A stretch of 64,000 nucleotides of DNA from Octopus sinensis. Its lineage: Eukaryota. Location: the NCBI RefSeq assembly GCF_006345805.1, contig NC_043002.1:84072001-84136000 (forward strand). Reading direction: 5' to 3'. A program made the translations under genes and the position numbers. Numbering within the stretch: position 1 is the stretch's first letter; the number at the start of each line of letters is the position of its first letter. Under the pieces are notes generated by a model. That model made no database searches. It had not been told where the DNA came from and saw only the letters and a program-made list of their open reading frames with translations. Below, one piece after another: positions 38,189 through 49,439 of the stretch.

Positions 38189-39793
38189 GTTTCAAATTTT
38201 GGCACAAGGCCAGCAGTTTTGGGGGATGGGATAAGTCAATTACATCGATCCCAGTGTTTAGCTGGTACTTATTGACCCCTGAAAGGATGAAAGGCAGAAT
38301 GGACCTTGGTGGAATTTGAATTCAAAGCGTAAAGACGGATGAAATGTCACTAAGGATTTTGCCTGGTGTGCTAACAATTCTGTCAGCTCAATAATAATAA
38401 TTCTTTTTAAATTTGGCACAATGCCAGCAATTCGAGGGGAGGAGGGAATCGATGCCGTTGACCCCAGTACTCAACTGGTACTTTATTTTATCACTTCCCA
38501 GAGGGAGGAAAGGTGAAGTTGACCCTGGTGGGATTTGAGCTCAGAATGTAGTGTCAAACGAAATACCACATGAAATTGTCTGACATACTAACAATTCTGC
38601 CATTCTAATAATAATAAAAATAATAGCAGCTAGTTATTACCATTTTGAAAAATGGTATATTTTCAAAAATTTTAAGACAAATATTTCCAAAACAAGAACA
38701 GAAGGGGAGAGGTGATTCTTTAAAAATAATCTTAAAAATAACTTTCAAAAAATGTTTTCCCCTGCATTCATTTGTCAATTCTTTCGTTTTATTAATAAAC
38801 TTTGGTGAATATCTTGTTTTGTCATATTAAAAAAAAATTCATTATTGGTTTTACAAAGTAATATCTGAAGAGCAGTAGGCTGAGGTAGGCTGACACCTTA
38901 CACTTGCTATGTCTTCATTTTCCAGCATTAATATGCATGTGTGTGTGTGTGTGTGTTTATGTGTGTATTATTAAGAAAAAAACAACAACCCTGTTCTTTC
39001 TTTAATGAAGCCAACTGTTGTTAAAGGAAGGCTTGACAGGGAATTAATAAATATTACTGCCGGAAATGTGGTTCAATAGAATTCAAAGACTTGATCTTCA
39101 GCAATGATTTCTTACAGTGGCATGAAGTCAAACATTTATAGGGTTTAGGTATACTGTCAATTGAAGTGACTTTCTGTATATAACTGGAGCTTTGTCAAGA
39201 GGGACGAAAGACAAAATTTTACCTCAACAGGATCTGAACTCAGAATTGAGCTAAATACCACAGGTATTTTGTCTGGAGCTCTACAGCTTGTGCCATTCAA
39301 ATGCTGTCTGTAATAATCATCATAATAATAATAATAGAGGTCAATTTGAATGAAAGAAAAAAAAAACTTCAACTAGATAAACCAGGAAGCTTGAAAGTAC
39401 TCAATGTCCAAGTCAGGAGCTTAGAAGAGCTATGAGGAAAACACCAAGAGCAACAAATGCCACTAAGTGTATTTCTGAAACAGCTGTTGCTGTTACAATA
39501 GTTTGTAATAGTTGAAGAGAGAAAGTACCATTGATTGTTACCAAAGAAGAAGGTGAAGTTCTTTAGTTCTTTGCATTTTTTTTTAGTTTGTTTAAATTAT
39601 GGATATAGCCAAGTTGGAGCAATATTTTTTTCTTCCTTTTTTTTTATATAATCAGCATATGTTACATTTGATGCATGCATAATGTGTGTGTATACTGTTA
39701 TATATTGTGCCTGCATGTTTGTGTGTGTGTTTGCATGAACAATATGTATATGTAGCTGAATAACATTGTGTATTATGTATGTATGTATGTATG

Positions 39794-39824
<31 letters not shown>

Positions 39825-41112
39825 CACATATTCACATATGTAATATGTAAATGTATGTATTACCTCTACATGAAATAAATGTCTTTACATTGTGTGAAAT
39901 GAGTGTGGAATAAACCCATATGTCTATCTGTTAGCATATGCTTTAATATGGTAGCATATGTGTGAGCGTATGAAGAAACCCACATATATGTTTCTGTAAG
40001 TGTAACCACCACATAGTTCATTGGTAGGATTCAGATCCAAATAAACATATATTTTTTATGATTTAGTCAACGGAGGAAGGGCAGCTCCCATGACGTTTTT
40101 CAGGGCCTTCAAGACTGATGGGGAAGATGTTATCCTCAGACTAACATCTGGCCGGAATGCTTATGACACAGTAGACTTTGCTAAAAGCATCTATGGGCCA
40201 GGTGGTAGTGTTAAACCAACAGATAGATTAAGGCCCATCTCAAGAACAGCAGTCCCTCAAATGGGTTTCCACTCAGTTTCCGTCTACCAAATTCTACTCA
40301 CAGCACTTTGGTTGACTCATGGCTATAGTAAGAGACACTTGCCCAATGTGTTTCAATGTAAGATTGAACATGAAACCACATAGTTGCAAAGTGATCTTCT
40401 GAACCGTACAGCCAAATTATTTATGACTAGCAGAAAAGTGATGTAGCTGACTGATTTAGTGGGTGGGGGAAGAGAAAATGATGGTAAAAAAATATAAAAC
40501 TGATGCAAAAATTACAAACATGATCATAAAAGAAATGGTTGAGTCATTAGACATTATCAAATAAGTACAAAGTAAAGAAATAAACTCTACAAGGCAGCAT
40601 TGGTTGGTTCTAAGATGATGATGATGTTATTACTTAAGGTGACAGAAGACAGTTACCAAAACAGTTAAACAAAACATTAGAAAGATACAGCTGCTATAGT
40701 AATAAAGTCATTAGTTTGTTACCTCAACAAATGGAAGTAGACTGACCTTAGAATATAGGCAGGAAATACAGAGGCATTGATATAATTTGACTGAGTGAAT
40801 TGACTCTTTCAGGAGAAGGGACAAAGTCAAGTAAATCAATTCTCTGAATATCACTGGTACCTATTTTAATAACCAATGTGATGATTATTACTTCAGAATA
40901 CTTCATTTATTGTGTCAGATGCTTTGTAACAACATCTTAAGTGTTTAAGCAAATCTCTGTGTTGGAACACTTTAAGCTTTATGCATTATGAACTGCAACT
41001 ATGTTGTAAAAATAGAGACAGCATACAAGATGCTGTCAGGACATAAAAAAACACTTTAGCACTTTACATTGGAAACACATCAAGCTGCAATCAAGTACAG
41101 TGACTTGATGCA

Positions 41113-41865
41113 GATACCAGGTAACTGTGACTAGACCAAAACAACTTCAAACCACGTCACTTGTTATGGGCACACCTGACCATTACCATCTGTTTGACAT
41201 GCATTAACTACACTGGAATACCTCAGGCAGTGCAACATGCATTAACTACACCAGAATGCTTCAGGCTGTGCATCACATACTCTGATTACATCAGAACACG
41301 TAGCATCTCGACACAACGTGACTACACCAGAATACACGAGGCTGTTAGGCGGGTGATACCAGAATATTTCAGCTGAGTCAAGTAATATTGCATTTGACTA
41401 CACCAAAAAATTCCAGCTGTGAGGCAGACGTATATATGTATGACAGGTCCTGAGACTATACCATACTACATTAGCTGCCAATCAAGAGATGCAACCATGC
41501 AAAAACCCATCCAGGAATTGCAGCTTCATCACAATTGTTTCAGCTTCCACTTAATGTTCTATGGTCAGAACAGCACACACTGTCAGCAAGGCTAAGTTCC
41601 CACAGCAGAATGTCTGAATACACCAGAACACTCCAGCTATCAGACAAATGCTAGCAACACCAGAACACTTCAAATGTGTGAAGGGGCTGCGGATGCCAGC
41701 AACGCAGAACGCTTCAGACTATGCGAAAGGCCTGTGAACACACCTTGGGATCTCAGCTACCACCGATCAAGTGATGTATGCTTGCAACTACCCTTCCAGG
41801 AGCTTGCAGCTTCATCACATTCATTTCAGCTTCTGCTTAGTTCCTATGGTTACAGCAAAATACAA
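41113..41865. repeat. Degenerate 35-44-bp tandem array with a larger internal duplication
   Basis: About 12 copies of RACTACACCAGAA..C.TCAG.CT; 41507-41570 duplicated at 41790-41853. Confidence 0.7.
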
Positions 41866-42324
41866 TTACTGCCAGCAACTTAAGTTTTTACAGGAAAATA
41901 TCTAAAACATTCAATAAATGTTATCATTTATGTCCCGTAATCTGTGAAAATCAGAGCAATGTCTAAAGCAAAAATGTTATAGCTCTTAAGATATAATGTC
42001 ATTCTTCATCCATTTCACCTTAAAAGAGGCATAATAAAAATTTCATGATAAATTAATTCAAAGTTATCACAGATAAAAAATTTTTAGTAACCACCCAAGA
42101 AATGAATGTTTTTAAACTACTACTACTACTACTACAACTACTATTACTATAAATAATAATAATAATAATAATAATAAATATTATTTAAAAAATGAAATGA
42201 AAAAATGAAAAAAACATTAAAAACCTACAGGAGGAAAATAAGTGGTAATAAAACTAACAAGCTATTGCTGAAAAACCATTCCTTTTATCATCTGTTTCTC
42301 CATTACTGTGTGTTAGAAAACTGA

Positions 42325-42330
42325 TTTATT
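42325..42330 (-). promoter_or_regulatory. Candidate SCLY polyadenylation signal (AATAAA)
   Basis: First AATAAA on the minus strand, about 205 nt after the stop; usage not demonstrated. Confidence 0.5.
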
Positions 42331-42534
42331 CTGCACAAGACAGAGTTACATAAATTTTGTAAACATGTGTCTATAAAACCCTTCTTCTTTGACCAAAAAA
42401 AGTACAACCATGTACATTTTCTTTTTTTTATTACAATTATGATTCTTCCAAGAAAGATCACATAATTCAGAGAAAAAAAGCACCAGACCAAGCATGAAAA
42501 AAGATTTTGTTAACTTTAGCTTGTTTTCATCTCT

Positions 42535-42706
42535 TCAATCAGTATCAGCAGCAGCATCCTTGGATTTCGCCAGTGACACGGCTTGTTTCAGATCTTCTAC
42601 AGCAATGGCAATGTCATTTAAGGATGTCTCACGCCCAACTGATAAGCGGATAGAACTTTTAGCAACATCTTCTGGAATACCAGAGGCTAACAAGACACTA
42701 TTAACA
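42535..42706 (-). CDS. SCLY: SCLY last coding exon ([28 protein letters not shown]...DAAADTD*)
   Basis: ttccag| acceptor, IRLSVGR motif, stop TGA 42537-42535; the 12 exons sum to 1264 nt (1+421 codons), frame consistent throughout. Confidence 0.94.
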
Positions 42707-42752
42707 CTGGAAAAAAGAAACGAAAAAGAGAATGTATGTATATATGAAATAC

Positions 42753-42789
<37 letters not shown>

Positions 42790-43297
42790 AATATAGGATA
42801 AAATTTTTTGAAAAAAATTCATTCAATGGCCAGCATATTAAAAAATACCTTTAAAGGTTAAATTTATAAACAACTTATAAACAAGGGCAAAAGAAAAATA
42901 TTAGATGTAAATTTAATAGTGTTCACTTCCGGACTCTCTCACTCTATGAGAGTTTTCAGTCCGATTGCACGTGTCTCGAGGTGTGCTGGAGAATTTCTAT
43001 TTTGGATATATTTGGGGTACTTAGGTGTGCTCATGACTTAGTGTTTGCTTCTTCCATAGATATAAGTAAGTATTTCATTTATTTCTTACCGTATTTATTG
43101 CTGACGAGGAGAAAATTCTTATGAATTAACTCTGAAATTGGGACCGATACGATAATAACGGAATTTTTTAGAAATTTCTGTTGGCTTACTTCAAGATGCG
43201 TGCTTATAGTGATAAACTATATGGTTATTGACGATTTGTCTATTTTCAGCATATTTGGCATCAGAATTTTTTCTTTTGCCCTTGTTTATAAGTTGTT

Positions 43298-43345
<48 letters not shown>

Positions 43346-45119
43346 TCATTTATACAACACGCACACACATATATACACGCACAGGTGCACACACATATAT
43401 GTATACACACAAGTGTGTACAAACATTTCAGTTTTACAGCTGAATGCTCTATCTTACTGGTAAAAGAATTTTCTTAACTGTGATGGAAGAGTGAAGACTG
43501 TTTCTTAGCCATCAGGAAATCTGCAGCAAGCAAAATTATATGTGTATGCTCTGCTCAGAGTCACAACAGCTTCAGTAAGATTTAGACTTATATGCCCATA
43601 TCATCAGTAGTTTACAACCTTATAAGTGTAAATAAATAAAGCAACTGCATCAAATTGTAAATGGTGCTTGGTGACCTTGATAAAACATTTACAGGATTTT
43701 CGTGCAATAATACACTGGAATGGATTCCTGTTACTCAAAATCTGTACAGATAGATAACAAAATGCTTAGCAATTACAGAGTGGTCTCCCATGTCTATAGC
43801 AATGAGCAGCATCAATTTCATGGTTCTTCTTTACAGATAGAACTGAGCAAGCAAGACTTATCTCTTTAGCACATAAACCGACCATATCTGGCCCAAATAT
43901 TCTATCTATTTTATGTCAGCTCTGGCCTCTTGTACCTACACTACAATGTCATTCTAAAAATAAACAATCACATCATCAAAATATCAAAGCTACAAGATAA
44001 TGCATGGCTAGTTCAAAATTATGTAAATAAATAAGCATTACATTTGACAGAGTAATCTGAATGCTAAAGGGTTAAATAGTGAAATATCAAGGGATGAACA
44101 TTGTGGACCCAATGATATCTTGATATCCTGTTGACCCAGCTGCCTGCGTTAACATGATATCAGTTTTCCAAATAAAAGTTGCATCATTTTCCCACAGTAT
44201 CACCCAGAACAATTACAATGTGACAAATATCAAACAACACTTGTCAGTATCATACGAGTGAAATACTTCTGTAAATAAAGCCAATTTTTAGAAACTGTCT
44301 TCTTTAATTATGCCGTTAAAATTATGCTGTTAAAACCAAGAAAAGTTTTCAAAATCTAATCTTTGGTTTTGCAAAATGTGTTAATTATATCATATTGGAA
44401 CAGCTGGTTTTGGAGTTGGATATCTTTTGTTAATTCCCTCAACTATGAAGCAGAAAGGGTACCTGATTTTAACAACAGAACTGAAACCTGCAAAAATATT
44501 GCTTATCCTGAAATATTAAACAGTGCTTGCAAACCTTTGAACCTTATTACTATGATGTCAAAAGTACAACATGTTAACTTTAATCACTAACTAGTTATTA
44601 ATACTGTGTGTTAGTATTGTTAGATAAGCCTGTGTTCTAGGAACAGGTTTTACAGCTAATCTGCTTCTTTGGCACTAAGGATGATTTCTACCAGGAGGAC
44701 AGAACCAAAGTAAATGATAAGGAAACTTGCTTAACCCATTAACATTCTAATCACCCTGTGAAATGTAATGCTTATTTATTCACACTGTTTTGAGTTAAAC
44801 ATGTATTATCTTGTAGCTTCAGGATTTCGAGGTTGTGATTGTTAATGTTTAGAATGACAATGTAGGGTAAATGCGAGAGGCTGGATCTGGCCAGTCTGAA
44901 CAAAGAAGAAGGAAAAAATCAAAAAACAAAAAAATACACGGGTCCAGATATTATCAGTTTAAATACTAAAGAGGTAAACATTTAATGATTGAACTCAAGT
45001 TCCACGACTTACTTGGCCACAAGGAATTCAATGAAACAATATAAGCCTGAACATTTTACAAACCGCATTAAATATGTTCTTTCATGTATTGAACCACAAA
45101 CTTTGATAATTAGTCTCAC

Positions 45120-45195
45120 CTGTTTTTATCACTTGAATGACATGCAGCTCCAACACTGGCTTTAATTAACTTTACATGGGACAATATTTTTCTAC
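45120..45195 (-). CDS. SCLY: SCLY exon (GRKILSHVKLIKASVGAACHSSDKNS)
   Basis: tccag| acceptor, AG|gtgag donor, 76 nt; catalytic Cys in SVGAACHS. Confidence 0.95.
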
Positions 45196-45874
45196 CTGGA
45201 AACAAATAAATACATAAGTATAAATTTACAAGTACAAATGTATATATTAATCCTTACAAAAGACACTGGTCCTATTCACATAAATTTCAGCTCTTATATA
45301 CAAAAATATAAATAAAAAAGCAACAAGGAATAGTGATTTATACACATTTTTGATAATGTGACATTATTATGTAACTAATCAATGGATGAACAGTGCAGTA
45401 AAATATAAATTTTGGTATCTCTTATTACAATAAGAAATCATATGATGATACACTCCCATCTTGTTTATATTTCTGTTAATTATGTAAAGGTTGCTACATC
45501 TAAACATCTGGAAACTAGCAGGAATTAATGGCATGGACCCAAATGTAAATAATACACAACCCAATCTCCATCACCACCATGACCAACATCATCATCTTTA
45601 ACCCTTTCATTACAGTATTTATTTTGAGATGCTCAGTGTTTCTTTCAATTACTTTGAATATAACAAAGAATTTAGTAAAATAATTTAGTTATCATTCAGC
45701 TAGTGTTAGTAACATAAACTGTGACCAAGGTTTGGTGGAAGATTTTAATTTAAAACTTATGAAAACAAGACATTTGTACTCAGAGCCAGAGCCGGTTTCA
45801 GCCAGGTTGGTAATGAAAGGGTTACACTTGTTTTTCTATGACTGAATGGGTTAAGAATGTCCAGTCTAACATTG

Positions 45875-46226
45875 ACTTGACTTGACTTGAGACAGCATTC
45901 ACCCAGGGTGGGTTGAGCTGGCTTCATTTATCCTCAATACTGCATCTCTCACAAACGCCGACCAGGCCTGGTGATTTGAGGCTAACGACCGCGTGATCTC
46001 CAACCACTCCTTATTCCAGCGGCGAACGCCATAGATATGGGGGCCTAAGTTGGGTTCCAGATCAGCCTTGACTGTCATCAGCCAGGTTTCTCGTTGTCCA
46101 CCACATCGCTTTCGCCAACCCTGAAGGGGAACTGGGGCAATTGCTTCGTAGATGAATTCTGGTTGACAACGGAGGGCATGACCCAGCCAACACAGACGTC
46201 TCGTTAGGATGACTTGTCAGAGGGAG
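45875..46226 (-). mobile_element. 5'-truncated RTE LINE (same family as 1848-2238)
   Basis: 11-bp TSD gtctaacattg at 45864-45874 and 46227-46237; (CAAGT)n tail. Confidence 0.9.
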
Positions 46227-46481
46227 GTCTAACATTGCTTCACTACAAGCGATAGTCACTTGTCATGTCCCTCATGTGGTTCAGTCCCCTCACATCAGTC
46301 TATACCACATTGGCCAATGTCTTGTTTGGTCACTCTTTTCTACAAGTTCCAACAGCTTGGAGCATTCAGCATGTTTAATCACATGCCTGGAATACGAAGT
46401 AGTCCTGTGGCTTACTGGATCTTATTAAACCATCTAACTCATGCAGCATGGAAAATAGCTGTTAACAAACAATAATAATGG

Positions 46482-46901
46482 TACATTATTTACATTATTT
46501 ATATTTGACGGATATTTGTCCTCATCTTGTTTGTTGTTAACACGCTTCGGCTGATATACCCTCCAACCCGCATCAGGTGTCTTGGGGGAAATTTTGAACC
46601 TGGGTTCTCATTCCTAAGGTATTTTTTGATGTTGTTGTTATTATTAAGGTCACAGCCAGGAATCGAACTCGGAATCTTGGGGTTAGTAGCCCGTGCTCAT
46701 AACCACCATGCCATATGCCCATGGTGTAGGAATGAGAACCCAGGTTCAAAATTTCCCCAAGACACCTGATGAAGGCTGGAGGGTATATCAGCCAAAACAT
46801 TGTGTTAACAACAAACAAGATGAGGACAAATATCTGTCAAATATAAATAATGTAAATAATGTAATTAATGTACATAATTCCTCATCTCTTAAATATAGAA
46901 C
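46482..46901. mobile_element. tRNA-headed element with inverted hammerhead-bearing pLTR arms
   Basis: Arms 46482-46616 and 46727-46863 are reverse complements; spacer holds a tRNA-like head on minus (46719-46648). Confidence 0.8.
46761..46805 (+). ncRNA. Minimal hammerhead ribozyme with CpG-decayed GAAA
   Basis: GACAC-CTGATGA-A-GGCTG/CAGCC-AAAACATT-GTGTT; the inverted copy at 46538-46581 has GAAGC and CTGATGC, so the two copies complement to an intact consensus. Confidence 0.7.
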
Positions 46902-47287
46902 GATAATAATAGTTTCAAATTTTGCCACAAGGGCAGCAATTTTGGGGAAGGGGATGAGTTGATCACATTGACCCCAGTGTTCAACTGGTACTTATTTTAT
47001 CATCCCTGAAAAGATGACAGGCAAAGCCAACCACAGTGGAATTTGAACTCAGAACATAACAACGGACAAAAAACCACTGTATTTCGTCCAGCACGCTAAC
47101 GATTCTGCCAACTTGCCACCTTACTAGTAATAATAATGATGATGACAATCTTACAATCTTGAATGCTATATCATTTAAATCTGTGACTAATTGATATAAC
47201 AATCTAACTATGTCTTCTACCAGGATTTAAAAACACGTCAAAACAAATCCAGGATAAAAATATAACAAATCACATAAGAAAACTTAC

Positions 47288-47390
47288 CTTCCAAATGTCC
47301 ATCTAATATGGAAACATTACATGTGTTTGGCAGTCTGGGAACACCAGGTATTCGACCATTAAACTTTACATTATCTGCACCAAAAGTTTC
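47288..47390 (-). CDS. SCLY: SCLY exon (ETFGADNVKFNGRIPGVPRLPNTCNVSILDGHLE G)
   Basis: tccag| acceptor, G|gtaag donor, 103 nt; RLPNTCN motif. Confidence 0.93.
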
Positions 47391-47499
47391 CTGGATAATA
47401 AAAAAAAAATTTTTTAAATTAAGATTTCTTAAAATTGGCTGACCAATCCTATATTCACTAATTGTGATGTCACATCCACAATAGGTGTGCATGTCAATC

Positions 47500-47820
47500 C
47501 AACTCATAAAAATTATGAAAAGGAGAAACGAGACTATGCATTCCTGTCACCCAAATCCAACACAACATTGGGAGATCATAGATCTGGTACTAAGGATATG
47601 TGGTTAGAATGTTGCAGGAAAGAACTGCAAAACAAATTCTTCAAGTTAAGCCAACCAACAAGAGATCTACAGGTAGACCAAGAACAAGATGGATGGATAA
47701 TATCCATGATCTCAGTTGGTTGAGCTTGAGAGTCCAACCAGAAAGATTAATGACAGTTGCTTCTGGTAGGTCCCTGTGGAGGTAGTGCCTAAAGGCTCTA
47801 CCCCAACAGCCCTCTTAAGA
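47500..47820 (+). mobile_element. RTE LINE C-terminal fragment
   Basis: MVRMLQERTAKQIL..KRSTGRPRTRWMDNI. Confidence 0.75.
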
Positions 47821-48840
47821 ATAGTGGGTGGAGAAGATGGATAAAAATGGCACAGGTTTCTAATGTATTGCAGGAAAGCAATGGGGACCTGTGAGATTTA
47901 TGCCTTTCCCAAGAGCCTTATCAATGCAATCAAACTTAAAGAACAGAAAAATGGTTTACCAGAGACTAACTTAAACTTTACAGAGTTCACTATAGTACAA
48001 GAAAACATAAAGTGGAAATGTCTGAGTTTCAAAATTTTATCAAATTTCTGAGAAGAGAACAAATTTCTCCTCTAGGCTACTGGATCCACAATGTTTCAGT
48101 CATTGTATTCGATGGTCATCTTCAGGTACTTTGTCTTACTTAGTAATGTTCTTGGCATTTGGAAATGAAACGTTTATTTCTGTTCTTTTATGACTGTTCT
48201 CATTTCATTGTTCATCCCAGGGAGATTCTCCTTACTTAATTTACTTCTCAAGATACCACTAAGTTTATTCATGTTTCAACCAGAGTATATACAGATTGGC
48301 TGACCCCGAGATTACTGAACTTGCATTCACTAGCTAAACTACCACACTTAACATTCTGACACTTAATCAATGCTTAAATTCATTCTCACCCTGTCATGGA
48401 ACAATAACATGCTAAACACAAGTATCGAATACAAGTGTTGATTAATTGTTAATTATTGAATAAGAGTTGAGTGTAATACTTCTTCATTCTCATTGTTTCA
48501 AATTATTTATGCATTATCCCAAAGTCTCAAAATTTTGATGATGTGATTGTTTATTTAGAATTACACTGCTGGCTAAGTGTGAAAAACTGGATTTGGCCAG
48601 TTCAAACATAAAACACATAAAATACCTCAGCCTGATATAGCTAGTATAAATGCTAAAAGATTAGAATCAACTGAAAATCTTGTTGTTTCTAGCTGAGGTA
48701 ACAACTTCCTGGACTTTTCCTTGCCCTTCTCTTATTCTGGCAATTATGCTTTCAGAACACTTTCTTTAAAATCCATCCCCACCCCACCCACACCATCTAA
48801 TATAGACATGCAAAAAGGGAATTAGGGAGAGCTTCAGCAC

Positions 48841-48924
48841 CTCAAGTTTTTCTTCCAGATAATTCCGTATTTCTTCCATATAATGTTCATACTCAGTAAT
48901 ATTGTGTTTCACAAGGGTGCAGGC
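48841..48924 (-). CDS. SCLY: SCLY exon (ACTLVKHNITEYEHYMEEIRNYLEEKLE)
   Basis: ttacag| acceptor, weak GAG|gtgctg donor, 84 nt, phase 0-0. Confidence 0.88.
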
Positions 48925-49309
48925 CTGTAACAAATAGAAAAAGTAATACTGAAAATTTAGATTCATTAGTAAAAATACCAAAGGAAATCTACAAACCACA
49001 CTACAACGGACAATATATATGTATATATAATAATAATAATATTAGGGAATTTTTTTACTTATATGTTGTTTACTCATTTTTGTACTTTTTGTGATCTAGT
49101 TATATGTTTTAAAATATATTTTATTTTTTATTTATGATTTGGTTTATGTCTATCATTGTTTGAATTGCATAATAGTGTTTTTTCTATATATATATATATA
49201 TATATAAAGTTAATCCAAACATGAAAACACAAAGAGAAAACACAACAACGCGAGGACGTGGAATAAATATAGTAATATTGGACGCTCAGGAAGGAAGGGA
49301 AGAAGGAGG

Positions 49310-49345
49310 GTTTAACGTTTCGAGCGGAGCTCTTCATCGGAAACA
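49310..49345 (-). ncRNA. Minimal type I hammerhead with CCGATGA core in a ~210-bp solo pLTR (49215-49427)
   Basis: GTTT-CCGATGA-A-GAGC-TCC-GCTC-GAAACGTT-AAAC: all three stems pair; palindromic AACGTT stem III. Confidence 0.75.
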
Positions 49346-49439
49346 TAGGAGAAGGAAAGATCCAGAGAAGGGAAGACGGAGGAAAAAAAATCGCCAACGG
49401 TACACCACACGGTCACATTTTGAATGTATATATATATAT

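Noticed and set aside
43555-43607. C/D-box-like motifs (TGATGA..CTGA) on minus in a SCLY intron
   Set aside because: Only 53 nt, no terminal stem, and no rRNA complementarity recognised.
45013-45046. 34-nt AG..GT segment in the correct phase for the penultimate SCLY exon
   Set aside because: The peptide GLYCFIEFLVAN lacks homology; the true exon with SVGAACHS is 45120-45195.
46648-46719. tRNA gene
   Set aside because: The cloverleaf is incomplete (no acceptor stem pairing, weak anticodon stem); treated as a SINE-like head.
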